Of a DNA stretch of 64,000 nucleotides, positions 48,332-57,935 are shown piece by piece. This stretch comes from Candidatus Bathyarchaeota archaeon (GTDB lineage: Archaea; Thermoproteota; Bathyarchaeia; 40CM-2-53-6; RBG-13-38-9): positions 128,001 to 192,000 of the forward strand of contig CAWECG010000004.1 of NCBI GenBank assembly GCA_963807605.1, written 5' to 3'. The notes below the pieces were generated by a model. That model was given only the letters and a program-made list of their open reading frames with translations. It did no database searches and was not told the DNA's origin. How positions within the stretch are numbered: the stretch's first letter is position 1; the number at the start of each line of letters is the position of its first letter. The position numbers and the translations under genes were made by a program.

Positions 48332-50223
48332 GTGCGTTCGGATCGACAAAGCAGTTATTGATTATACTACTGTTGATCTCAGTCTCTTACTCTTTCAAGA
48401 CGGTGACAGCTTCAAGCGATGAAATGAGGACTGAAATGGCAGTTACAAGAGTTTCAGATGTAAGAGTAAGAGTCGTCATAGTAGGAATACCCACTCAACT
48501 GGTGAACGTAACATACCTGAAATGGAATCTTCCATCAATAAAGTACCAGAAGTACCTGAACCCGGGAACAGAGACCGGTGTACAGTACAGAATCACTTAC
48601 AATTTCACGTTTCCCTCAAACGAGTTTCAAGATTCATTCGGCCAATATTTGAAGTCCAGAGGAAAGGTAGATCGGACTAGGAACCCTTACTTAGGAGCCA
48701 ATTTGACAAATACTCTCTATCCCGCCGATCTCACGGAGAATTGGCTGAAGTATCACGAGTCAGACTACAGCAACTCCTCAGAACCCGGATACACGCTAAT
48801 GCTGGCTAACCTGACCAGCATACTGCCCTCAGTCCTGCCCAGTCAGTACGATGATTATCTTAAAGGAGTAACTAAAGCGATCACTCCTCACTATTACAAT
48901 ATGACTTACGTCGATTCGGACCTATACGCCACAATCAGGAGGCGTTGGATGACTTCTTGGGGCGGGTCCAGCCGGATCTACTTCATAGACTTGTCCGCGG
49001 GGCCATCAAACACAACAAGACAGCTTCCACTACAATGGGCGATAAAGGCAAATAACATAACTTTCCAAACCCCCTACGGATCCAGATGGCTAACTCAATA
49101 TCTATCCGACTACGTGAGCGGCGCGGTCGAAGATCTCTTTGCACCAGACCTGGAATACCCGTTGAACATCGCCAACAAGTACAGTGTTGACATCTTAGTC
49201 ATAGATAATAGAACTGACCTCAAAGTTCCAGCGGCCAACCGGACATTAGATCCCTCGCGGATCAGGAATGAGATTAAGAAGCTCCTGCCTTATGCAGATG
49301 TCAGAGTCCAGACAAGATTCATCAACATCACATCCTCTACGCTACTGACCAAGCTGATAGTGGCCTCGACATCTCCAAGCAAATATGCCAACACGTCAAT
49401 GGTGGACGCTAGGCCAGTATATCATTGGCTGAACGAGGAGGGTGAAGGTCACCTAAAGGACTTTTTCAATACCACAGGGGACCGTGAAGAATACCGTATT
49501 CCGGTAATGGCATTCCTTTTTACGGGCGAGTATGAATTTGGTTTTACATTCAAAGAAGATTTGAGTAAGCTTCCCGGGCCCAGGTCCATATGGGGTGTTG
49601 CTCTGGGAGATATGATCCTCGTAAGCCACTCATCCCACGACCTTATACGAGGTAACTTTACTGCGATTAAACAGCCCAATATGGGTCTTGGCCTGACAAA
49701 CACGATTATACATGAGATTGGCCACACGTTTGGGCTCATCCATCCTTTCACCTCTGACCCCACCGAAAACTTCGTCGCCTCAGTCATGGCGTACTACCCA
49801 TACGAGAACAGCTACAGTCAGTTTGATAGGGACTACCTTCAAAGAAGTTACGTTGACAGAATGCTGATGGATGCGAAGGGCGACCTCCAAGGGCTCGCCC
49901 CGAATGCTCTTAATTACAGACTCCTATCGTCGATCAACGAAGAATTGGATTCCGCCGAAAGATGCTACGCCAACATGAGTTATGCTAAGGCGCTGCCGGT
50001 TTCCATGGAGGTTAAAAAAGCGGCCGCCTTTGCCCGCTATATGGACAATGCGGTATCCGTCATAGGCCGATCAGCACTAGTTGTCCTAACAGTGGCAGTC
50101 GGCGTTATCCTGGTTGTATTCGTTTCACGTTACTCTCTACAAGCGTTGGCTGAAAAACGAGTCCTGTCCGCATCTGCTCGCTGGATACAGGTCGGCCAAC
50201 TCCAATGCTCGCCCGCAAAGTAA
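48328..50223 (+). CDS. Secreted or membrane-anchored zincin metalloprotease
   Basis: Signal peptide, HEIGHTFGLIH, SVMAY Met-turn, C-terminal TM and many N-x-S/T sites. Confidence 0.8.
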   Translation: MSAFGSTKQLLIILLLISVSYSFKTVTASSDEMRTEMAVTRVSDVRVRVVIVGIPTQLVNVTYLKWNLPSIKYQKYLNPGTETGVQYRITYNFTFPSNEFQDSFGQYLKSRGKVDRTRNPYLGANLTNTLYPADLTENWLKYHESDYSNSSEPGYTLMLANLTSILPSVLPSQYDDYLKGVTKAITPHYYNMTYVDSDLYATIRRRWMTSWGGSSRIYFIDLSAGPSNTTRQLPLQWAIKANNITFQTPYGSRWLTQYLSDYVSGAVEDLFAPDLEYPLNIANKYSVDILVIDNRTDLKVPAANRTLDPSRIRNEIKKLLPYADVRVQTRFINITSSTLLTKLIVASTSPSKYANTSMVDARPVYHWLNEEGEGHLKDFFNTTGDREEYRIPVMAFLFTGEYEFGFTFKEDLSKLPGPRSIWGVALGDMILVSHSSHDLIRGNFTAIKQPNMGLGLTNTIIHEIGHTFGLIHPFTSDPTENFVASVMAYYPYENSYSQFDRDYLQRSYVDRMLMDAKGDLQGLAPNALNYRLLSSINEELDSAERCYANMSYAKALPVSMEVKKAAAFARYMDNAVSVIGRSALVVLTVAVGVILVVFVSRYSLQALAEKRVLSASARWIQVGQLQCSPAK

Positions 50224-50250
50224 TATACAGGACTGGTGGGTGTAATACAC

Positions 50251-51120
50251 ATGAGAAGACGCTTCTGCATGACACTTGACGACACGCTGATGACCAAGAT
50301 AGATGGTCTTGTCGACGGGTCAAGATTCAAGAATAGGTCACAGACAACCGAGTTCCTGATTAGGGCGGGTCTAGACAGTCTCCAGCCTGAGAGAACGGCT
50401 GTAATCCTCTGTGGTGGACTAGGAACAAGGCTGAGACCACTGACATACGTGACTCCTAAACCAATGCTTCCCATAGGAGGCCAACCTCTCCTAGAGTATC
50501 AGATCAATTATCTGAGAAAATATTCATTCGACCGCATAGTTCTGGCAACCGGCTACCTGCAGGAACAGATAGTCCGCTACTTCTCAGAACGTGATGATAT
50601 CGGTGAAAATATCGTCTACAGTTTTGAGAAGGAACCACTCGATACCGGTGGAGCACTAAAGAACGCAGAACACCTCCTCAGGGGGGACTTTCTCACACTG
50701 AATAGCGATGTCATATTCGACTCCCTAGATCTTGATCGCCTTTTGGAATTTCACAGATCACACAAGGGGTTGGCCACAGTAGTTCTCGTCAGAGTTCGCG
50801 AACCCTCAAGATTCGGTCTGGTAGAACTCACACAGGACAATCTCATAACGGACTTTATCGAAAAACCTCGAACTATCATTCCCGAGGCCACGTGGGTAAA
50901 CGCTGGCGTCTACGTCTTATCAAATAGGGTCTTGAAGCGCATAAGGAGAGGAAGAAAGACTTCACTCGAGAAGGACATCTTTCCTAAACTCGTTCGTGAG
51001 AAAAGTGTCTACGGCTTCAAGTACAACGGCTACTGGTCCGATGTGGGAACCCAGTCAGACTACATCAAAGTCTGTAAAGATATTCTTACGGGCACGCTGA
51101 AGGTTTCGTATCCCGGCTGA
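50251..51120 (+). CDS. RHH (CopG-like) domain fused to sugar-phosphate nucleotidyltransferase
   Basis: N-terminal FCMTLDD..IDGLV..NRSQTTEFLIR; GGLGTRLRPLT..PKPML, EPLDTGG, FIEKP and YWSDVGT motifs. Confidence 0.88.
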   Translation: MRRRFCMTLDDTLMTKIDGLVDGSRFKNRSQTTEFLIRAGLDSLQPERTAVILCGGLGTRLRPLTYVTPKPMLPIGGQPLLEYQINYLRKYSFDRIVLATGYLQEQIVRYFSERDDIGENIVYSFEKEPLDTGGALKNAEHLLRGDFLTLNSDVIFDSLDLDRLLEFHRSHKGLATVVLVRVREPSRFGLVELTQDNLITDFIEKPRTIIPEATWVNAGVYVLSNRVLKRIRRGRKTSLEKDIFPKLVREKSVYGFKYNGYWSDVGTQSDYIKVCKDILTGTLKVSYPG

Positions 51121-51313
51121 GCAAGCAAGAAAGACTGCCGCAAGAAGAGAGGAGGGTCTGAAATCCTGCCCAAGAATTGGGAATCCTTCTAATCGTATGA
51201 CAGAAAATGCTAAGTTTTATCATAAATTGGTAGAGTGATTTCGACAAAACTGTTCAAAATATTCAAGCCATAAGTAGAGGATTAACCGGCTGTTTCGATT
51301 GGTGAACAAGCCC

Positions 51314-51457
51314 ATGATTGGCGAAAACGTCTGTGGCGAGTGTGGAAAGCAGTTTGTGCCCTTTTCAGAAGGGCAAAGAATCTGCGATGAGTGCACTCAA
51401 ATGGACGATTACATAATGGCCCGAAGCAACAGATGGTGCAGAAACTGTCTGTCGTGA
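51314..51457 (+). CDS. 47-aa Cys-rich zinc-finger microprotein, not in the ORF track
   Basis: MIGENVCGECGKQF..RICDEC..WCRNCLS*; GGTGA upstream. Confidence 0.55.
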   Translation: MIGENVCGECGKQFVPFSEGQRICDECTQMDDYIMARSNRWCRNCLS

Positions 51458-51763
51458 ACCCCAGTAACCGGATGAAATAGACGCTAACCTCTCATCTCTC
51501 TCGATTAGAGAGAGCAGCCTAGGTTTCTTAATGGATGTCGAAAGTGGTTTCCTCAACTAGCGTGTGGGCTCTGTCCTGGTTTCATCGATCACCATTCACC
51601 AATACCAGCTCTCATCATCGCCCACACAAGAATCACATAGTCTGCTATTTACAGGATGCTGTTCTCGGTTTCACCCTCTTTGAAGGCTTGAGCTGATCTT
51701 CTGCTCTGCTTCCGATAAGACTATGAAGCAGAATTTATTCTCATCCTTAGCGCAAACCAATGA

Positions 51764-52378
51764 TTGGAGGAGATAGCTGTGAAGTTGACATATCTGAGTC
51801 ACGCCTGTTTCGAACTCAAGAATGGAAAGACAATTTTGATAGACCCTTACTTCTCAGGCAACAAGTCTGCCCCAAAATATGAGGGCAAACCGGATCTGGT
51901 ACTCGTCACTCATGAACACTATGACCATTCGGACGCATCGAAGTTCGACACCCTAGTCATTGCTCCCTCGACTTGCAAATTCAATAGAATGATATCGATG
52001 AAATGGGGGGACAGCGTGCATATTGGCGATGCAGATATTCAAATGGTCAAGGCGACCCATCACCAGAGCAAATACGCAACGGGCTACATAATCTCATACG
52101 ACGGGAAGAGATTCTATCATGCAGGAGACACTTACTTAGACGGCGTTATGAGCTACAAAGGGATCGATGTTATGATGGTGCCTATAGGTGGCTACTACAC
52201 AATGAATATCGATGAAGCAATCGAAGCCCTGAAGATCGTCAAGCCAAAGCTTGCTATACCTATGCATTACAATACTTTTCCCGAGATCAAGGCTGACCCC
52301 AAAGAGTTCCAGTCCAAGGCAGAAAAAGAAGGCTTCAAGGCACAAGTAATGGAGTTCGGCCAGGAGATAACCCTCTGA
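51764..52378 (+). CDS. Metal-dependent hydrolase (UPF0173/MBL fold)
   Basis: LSHACF, IDPY, THEHYDH, YHAGDT, PIGG..TM and IPMHYNTF motifs. Confidence 0.9.
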   Translation: MEEIAVKLTYLSHACFELKNGKTILIDPYFSGNKSAPKYEGKPDLVLVTHEHYDHSDASKFDTLVIAPSTCKFNRMISMKWGDSVHIGDADIQMVKATHHQSKYATGYIISYDGKRFYHAGDTYLDGVMSYKGIDVMMVPIGGYYTMNIDEAIEALKIVKPKLAIPMHYNTFPEIKADPKEFQSKAEKEGFKAQVMEFGQEITL

Positions 52379-52470
52379 CGATTTTCCGACTTTCGCGGGC
52401 GCACCCTTAAATCAATCTTGCCATGACTATCGCATTGCGCCATGCAATGTCTGGAAGAGGTCGTTGAATT

Positions 52471-53739
52471 TTGGCGGAGATAGGAGTAATTGCTGACGAC
52501 CTTACCGGCGCCAATGATACGGGGGTTCAATTCTCAAAACAGGGTCTTAAGACGATTGTTCTTACGCACATTCAAGCACTCAAAGAAGTCTCTGATCAAG
52601 TCGATGTAATAGTCCTTGACACTGAGAGTAGGACTCTGCCAAATTCCGATGCATATAATAAAGCCAGGGAGGCTGCTACCCAACTCATCGACGCCCGGGT
52701 CCCGATAATCTACAAAAAAATTGACTCGACGCTCAAGGGTAACATTGGCGTAGAATTGGACGCTATAATGGATGCCACGGCAGCCCAGACTGTGGTAGTC
52801 GCTCCCGCGTTCCCGGCGAACAAGAGAATCACAGTAGGTGGCTACCAGCTTGTGAACCAGATTCCACTGGGAATGACAGAAGCCTCCAAGGATCCCATCA
52901 CGCCGGTAACAGAATCACACGTTCCTACACTTCTGGCAAGTCAATCCAGAAGGAAAGTAGAGCATGTGGGGTTGGCTGCTGTCATGGACGCCTCAGCCCT
53001 CAAGAGAGAGCTAAGCGAATGCGTTAGAAGAGGTGGCGAGATAATAGTCGTTGACTCAATCACTCAAAATGATCTTAAGAGAGTAGCTAACGCCGTAGTT
53101 GAGCTAAAGTTGCATAGGTTGACATGCGGTCCTGCAGGTCTGGCTGAGGAACTTCCAGAAGCTTTGGGTCTCATATCAGGCAGGCCGGTAATCACAGTCT
53201 CAGGCAGCATCAGTGAGGTTACAATGAGGCAGATAGCCAGCGCTGAGACCGCTGGATGCATTGTCTTGGAACTTGATACTCTCAGGATCCTTGACAGTGG
53301 TAGAGATCTTGAAGTCAAGAGAATAACTGAGGAGACTGGACGGATCGTCTCAAGGGGTGATGATGTCATCATATCGTCAGCCAGATCTAAGAACTCGGTT
53401 GCAGAGGATTTCAGGAAAGGTGAAGCACTTGGAATGTCTGGCGCAGGCGTAAGTGACCTTATCGGTTCTGTATTAGGTCAAATTGCAGGCCAAGTGGCTA
53501 AGATCCAAGAGATCTCAGGCGTGGTACTCACAGGAGGCACGACAGCAATGCGTGCCTTTGAATTGATGGGGGCAAGCGGCACACAAGTCGATGATGAAGT
53601 CTCCCCCGGCATACCCTCCGCAATAGTGGTCGGCGGGTATTGCGACGGCCTGCGGATAGTCACCAAAGCAGGGGCCTTCGGTGACGATGAGGCGATCACA
53701 AGATCAATAAGATACTTGAAAAGGAAAGGTGGTAGGTGA
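52471..53739 (+). CDS. Four-carbon acid sugar kinase (DUF1537, DtnK/DenK-like)
   Basis: IADDLTGANDTG, YKKIDSTLKGN, PAFPANKR and VTKAGAFG motifs. Confidence 0.9.
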   Translation: MAEIGVIADDLTGANDTGVQFSKQGLKTIVLTHIQALKEVSDQVDVIVLDTESRTLPNSDAYNKAREAATQLIDARVPIIYKKIDSTLKGNIGVELDAIMDATAAQTVVVAPAFPANKRITVGGYQLVNQIPLGMTEASKDPITPVTESHVPTLLASQSRRKVEHVGLAAVMDASALKRELSECVRRGGEIIVVDSITQNDLKRVANAVVELKLHRLTCGPAGLAEELPEALGLISGRPVITVSGSISEVTMRQIASAETAGCIVLELDTLRILDSGRDLEVKRITEETGRIVSRGDDVIISSARSKNSVAEDFRKGEALGMSGAGVSDLIGSVLGQIAGQVAKIQEISGVVLTGGTTAMRAFELMGASGTQVDDEVSPGIPSAIVVGGYCDGLRIVTKAGAFGDDEAITRSIRYLKRKGGR

Positions 53740-53743
53740 GTAC

Positions 53744-54772
53744 ATGTCCCGAATCGAGGCAAGACCGATAATCGGAATAACCATGGGTGACGCCGCGGGA
53801 ATAGGCCCTGAGATAATTGACAAAGCTCTCTCAAAGAAGGAGATATACGCTATCTCGCGACCTATCGTAATAGGCGATGCCTCCGTTCTTGAAGATGCAC
53901 TGAAGGTAGCCAAAGTCCAGGTGAGAATCCAACCGGTGGACAATGCTTCATCAGCCAAGTTCGAACACGGCACCATCAAGGTTATCGATCTCAAGAACAT
54001 ACGCTTATCCGAGCTGAAGATGGGCAAGGTTCAAGCCATGGCAGGCAAAGCAGCCTTTGAATACGTGAAGAAGGCCGTTGAGATGGCACTCAAAGGTGAG
54101 ATTGACGCCATCGTGACAGCTCCACTCAATAAGGAGGCCATGAACTTGGCTGGTTATAATTATGCAGGCCACACCGAGATCCTCGCAGATCTAACTAAAA
54201 CGAAAAATTACGCCATGATGTTGGTGGCCGGAAAGCTCGTAGTCGTTCACGTCACCACGCATGTGTCTATGCTTCAAGCATGCGCCCTGGTACGAAAGGA
54301 GCGAGTCTTGAACACGATCAAGCTCACCCATGAGGTTCTTCTGAAGCTCGGGGTCCAAAATCCAAAGATAGCGGTGGCCGGACTTAATGCCCATGCCGGA
54401 GAGCGCGGAATGTTCGGGGATGAGGAAATCAAAGAGATTTCACCAGCCATAGAGGCTGCAAAGAAGAGTGGTATCAATGTCATTGGTCCAATGCCGCCTG
54501 ACACAGTCTTCTTGCGTGCCAGCAAAGGTGAATATGACGGCGTCGTGGCCATGTACCACGACCAGGGACACATCCCTGTGAAGATGCTTGGCTTTGAATC
54601 AGGTGTGAATGTTACAATCGGCCTGCCCATAATTCGCACATCAGTTGATCATGGGACCGCCTACGGAAGAGCTGGCTTGAGACTGGGAACAGGGGATCCC
54701 ACAAGCTTGGAAGAGGCAATCAAGCTCGCAGTTCAAATGGCCAAGCACAGCGTTGCTATGAGAAAAGAATGA
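53744..54772 (+). CDS. pdxA: 4-hydroxythreonine-4-phosphate dehydrogenase family (PdxA/PdxA2)
   Basis: TMGDAAGIGPE, TAPLNK, GHTE, NAHAGE, AMYHDQGH and RTSVDHGTA motifs. Confidence 0.93.
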   Translation: MSRIEARPIIGITMGDAAGIGPEIIDKALSKKEIYAISRPIVIGDASVLEDALKVAKVQVRIQPVDNASSAKFEHGTIKVIDLKNIRLSELKMGKVQAMAGKAAFEYVKKAVEMALKGEIDAIVTAPLNKEAMNLAGYNYAGHTEILADLTKTKNYAMMLVAGKLVVVHVTTHVSMLQACALVRKERVLNTIKLTHEVLLKLGVQNPKIAVAGLNAHAGERGMFGDEEIKEISPAIEAAKKSGINVIGPMPPDTVFLRASKGEYDGVVAMYHDQGHIPVKMLGFESGVNVTIGLPIIRTSVDHGTAYGRAGLRLGTGDPTSLEEAIKLAVQMAKHSVAMRKE

Positions 54773-54920
54773 ATCCTCTTCTATGCTTGCGTATGTACTA
54801 GCGTGACGGCGGAGACCAGAACGACTATCCGTTCAAAATCGGATTTGTCAGTCACACACACATTTATAATGACCTCAACAGGTCTAGATCGAGGTAAGAA
54901 GTAATCCGGAGAAGTTTAAC

Positions 54921-55958
54921 TTGCAAGCGGTTATGAAAGTTGATCCTAAACCCGGCATCAAGATATTGGATGTCGAGAGACCGAAGCCCGGGGCAAGAGA
55001 CGTCCTAGTACATGTCAGGGCAACAGCTTACTGCGGCTCAGACATGCACCTGTACAAATGGGACGGCCAAGCTCTGAAATGGAATTCACCACTCCCTAGA
55101 ATTCTGGGGCACGAATTCAGCGGAGACGTGGTTGAGGTAGGAAAGAATGTCACCACGGTGAAGGTCGGAGATAAGGTGGCAGCGGAGACACACATCCCCT
55201 GCGAGCAGTGCTACATGTGCAGGACTGGAAGGATGCACATCTGCGAGAATATGAAGATCTTCGGAGTACATGTTCCAGAGGGTTCCTTCGCAGAATACGC
55301 AGTGATACCAGAGACCATCGCCTACAAACTGCCTCTTGACACGCCCTATGATGTCGGTGCTCTGTACGAACCTTGCGGTGTCGCAATGCACGCTGTCCAA
55401 AGGGCTCAACCTAATCCAGGAGATACAGCGGTAGTTCTCGGGTGCGGACCCATAGGGATCTATGTCCAGCAGATAATGAAAGCTCTCGGTTCAGATGTCA
55501 TAGCTACCGACGTAAAGAAATATCGGCTAGAACACGCGAAGAGAGTCGGAGCAGCTCGAGAGGTAATAGACGCCTCTGAAGGGAACGTGGTTGAACGAGT
55601 AAAGTCCACAATCGGTCAACGAGGAGCAGACATCGTTTTTGAAGCTGCGGGTGCAGGAGAAACGGTGAAGCAGTCCCTGGATATGGTGGCAAAGGCAGGC
55701 AAGGTAGTGCTGTTCGGAGCCTCGCCGGACAACCCAGTACTCGACACAACAACCTACATTGTGTATAAAGAGATTGATGTGCTGGGGATGACTGGAAGAT
55801 ACATGTTCAGCACTTGGGACAGAGTTCAACGATTCGTCAGCAGAGGGCTGGTGGACCTCAAATCCGTAGTGACCCATCAGCTACCTCTTGGGAAGGCTGA
55901 AGAAGGATTCCAACTCTTGCTGAAAGGGGAAGCATCCAAGATCATACTAATACCATAG
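54921..55958 (+). CDS. Zn-dependent medium-chain dehydrogenase, L-threonine 3-dehydrogenase-like
   Basis: CGSDMH, GHEFSG, ETHIPCEQCYMC..HIC and GCGPIG motifs. Confidence 0.85.
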   Translation: MQAVMKVDPKPGIKILDVERPKPGARDVLVHVRATAYCGSDMHLYKWDGQALKWNSPLPRILGHEFSGDVVEVGKNVTTVKVGDKVAAETHIPCEQCYMCRTGRMHICENMKIFGVHVPEGSFAEYAVIPETIAYKLPLDTPYDVGALYEPCGVAMHAVQRAQPNPGDTAVVLGCGPIGIYVQQIMKALGSDVIATDVKKYRLEHAKRVGAAREVIDASEGNVVERVKSTIGQRGADIVFEAAGAGETVKQSLDMVAKAGKVVLFGASPDNPVLDTTTYIVYKEIDVLGMTGRYMFSTWDRVQRFVSRGLVDLKSVVTHQLPLGKAEEGFQLLLKGEASKIILIP

Positions 55959-56145
55959 AACACTTTGAACGAGAAAAAGAGACGATAGCAAGAGGTCTTA
56001 ATCCGAGCCCTTTAGAACACTCTACCCGTGTTCCAGACTCCCTCTGGGAGACCGAACATTCAGTCCCTGCAACCCTCGAAACAAGGTTGAGTCGGAGTTA
56101 ACTGACCGTCTAGGAGAAGAGCAGAGCCACGAGGGAAAACCATTC

Positions 56146-56478
56146 TTGAGTGAAGAGATCGAGAAATCCTGGCGTGAACGTTTGGTTAAGAGCCATTTGG
56201 ACTTAATAGTCCTGTGGCTACTCAAGGCTAAGCCGAGATGGGGCTACGAAATAAACATCGAGATCAGGGAGAGATTCAAAGTCTACCTAAGTGCCGGAAC
56301 CCTTTATCCCCTCCTGCATAACCTAGAAGACAAAAAATACTTGCAGGGTGTCTGGGAATCAGAGAAAGGAAGAGGTCGTCGTATCTACAAAATAACGGAG
56401 GAGGGGAGCTTGTTCTTGGACGCAGGTGAACGAGTATCCCGAGAAACCACGCGTGCGCTTTCACGTGATCCCAGCTGA
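56146..56478 (+). CDS. PadR-family transcriptional regulator
   Basis: WGYEI..SAGTLYPLLHNLE..RRIYKITEEG. Confidence 0.9.
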   Translation: MSEEIEKSWRERLVKSHLDLIVLWLLKAKPRWGYEINIEIRERFKVYLSAGTLYPLLHNLEDKKYLQGVWESEKGRGRRIYKITEEGSLFLDAGERVSRETTRALSRDPS

Positions 56479-56534
56479 AGCATATTTAAGGTTCGAGATA
56501 GATCTAGCACAATTCCAGTATGAAGTGATGAAAT

Positions 56535-57143
56535 TTGGCCCAACCAAGCGGACTTGCGCGTTGGAGATCGATGAAACACAAGGACGTCATAAATTTCGTG
56601 ATACTTTGCCTCTGCGTTGTCTCGATATCATATGGTGGATGGGCCGTCCTCAGACTAATGACGGCAACAGAACACCCTGTACTAGTAGTGGTCTCGGGGA
56701 GCATGGTTCCAACACTCAATGTCGGCGACATGATCTTCATCAGAGGTATGCCCGCCGAAAAGATCGAAGTCGGAACAATAATCGTGTTTCACAGTCCGGC
56801 ATACTTGCAGTATGACACGTTGGTGGTCCACCGGGTTGTGCAGAAAACCAATAACAATGGAACAATCTACTTCCGGACTAAGGGAGACTTCAACAGATAC
56901 ACGGATGACTGGACAGTTCCAGACAAGAATATTGTAGGCGTATATTCCGCAAGAGTTCCATACGTTGGCATTGTGGTCATGTGGTTACGCACATGGGAGG
57001 GAACCGCCTTCATAGTCGTTCTGATAGTCATCTTGATCGGCTTCGAAGCCTACAGCTCGAGTGCAAAGAAGAGAGATCAATCTGGTGAGACGAGAGAACC
57101 GGAAGCATCAACCAGGACCAGACGTAAGCTGAGTTCAAGCTGA
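56535..57143 (+). CDS. Signal peptidase I (archaeal Sec11 type)
   Basis: VVSGSMVPTL..GD, VVHRV, TKGDFN..D and VPYVG motifs. Confidence 0.93.
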   Translation: MAQPSGLARWRSMKHKDVINFVILCLCVVSISYGGWAVLRLMTATEHPVLVVVSGSMVPTLNVGDMIFIRGMPAEKIEVGTIIVFHSPAYLQYDTLVVHRVVQKTNNNGTIYFRTKGDFNRYTDDWTVPDKNIVGVYSARVPYVGIVVMWLRTWEGTAFIVVLIVILIGFEAYSSSAKKRDQSGETREPEASTRTRRKLSSS

Positions 57144-57199
57144 AGAGTCTAAGTGAAGACTGCAGTGCTCAGTTGAAGATAAACGTTTTATGAAGTGCA

Positions 57200-57207
57200 T
57201 TTATATA
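57200..57207 (+). promoter_or_regulatory. Putative TATA box of tbp
   Basis: TTTATATA about 42 nt upstream of the TTG start. Confidence 0.5.
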
Positions 57208-57248
57208 TCGAGAACTTGTTGTAGTCGTGCCTCAAGAGGCTGGGCTGA

Positions 57249-57827
57249 TTGGCTGAGAAGAAGAATGAGAAGAAGACCTTCATAAATATTGAGAATGTTG
57301 TCGCCTCAGCCACACTCAAACAGAATATTGACCTCAACTCGATAGCGCGAATTTTTCCAGGTGTTGAGTACCGACCTGAACAATTTCCAGGTCTGGTATA
57401 CCGTCTGAAGAAACCTAAGACAGCCACCTTAGTCTTCAGCTCAGGCAAGATGGTCTGTACAGGCGCAAAGTCTGAACGTCAAGCGAGGAAAGCTGTCATG
57501 AAGGTCATTGAAGAGCTTAAGCACAACGGCATAGCCATTGTCGGCAAGCCCGAGATTAAGATCCAAAACATCGTAGCGTCAGCTGGTCTCGGCGGCTACA
57601 TCGACCTTGAGAAGTCAACATACTCTCTGAAAAAGACCATGTACGAGCCTGAGCAGTTTCCAGGCTTAATCTACAGGATGGATGAACCCAAAGTAGTAAT
57701 ACTTCTCTTCGCAAGCGGAAAACTGGTCTGTACTGGCGCTAAGCAGGAGCATGAGGTTCCTGATGCTGTGGCTAAACTGCAGAAGATTCTAGAAGAGAAG
57801 GAACTAATCTACTACGACAAGGTATAG
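57249..57827 (+). CDS. tbp: TATA-box-binding protein
   Basis: Two repeats of NVVAS..Y.PEQFPGL.YR...PK...L.F.SGK.VCTGAK. Confidence 0.98.
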   Translation: MAEKKNEKKTFINIENVVASATLKQNIDLNSIARIFPGVEYRPEQFPGLVYRLKKPKTATLVFSSGKMVCTGAKSERQARKAVMKVIEELKHNGIAIVGKPEIKIQNIVASAGLGGYIDLEKSTYSLKKTMYEPEQFPGLIYRMDEPKVVILLFASGKLVCTGAKQEHEVPDAVAKLQKILEEKELIYYDKV

Positions 57828-57935
57828 ATTCGCCCCCTCGCAACCGTTGCCCGGTGTTGATTAGTTCGACCCGTTTCATCTCTTTTCTAAGGTTTTCCCA
57901 TTCATTCAGATTCTTGATGCATCCTACCTCTGGTG

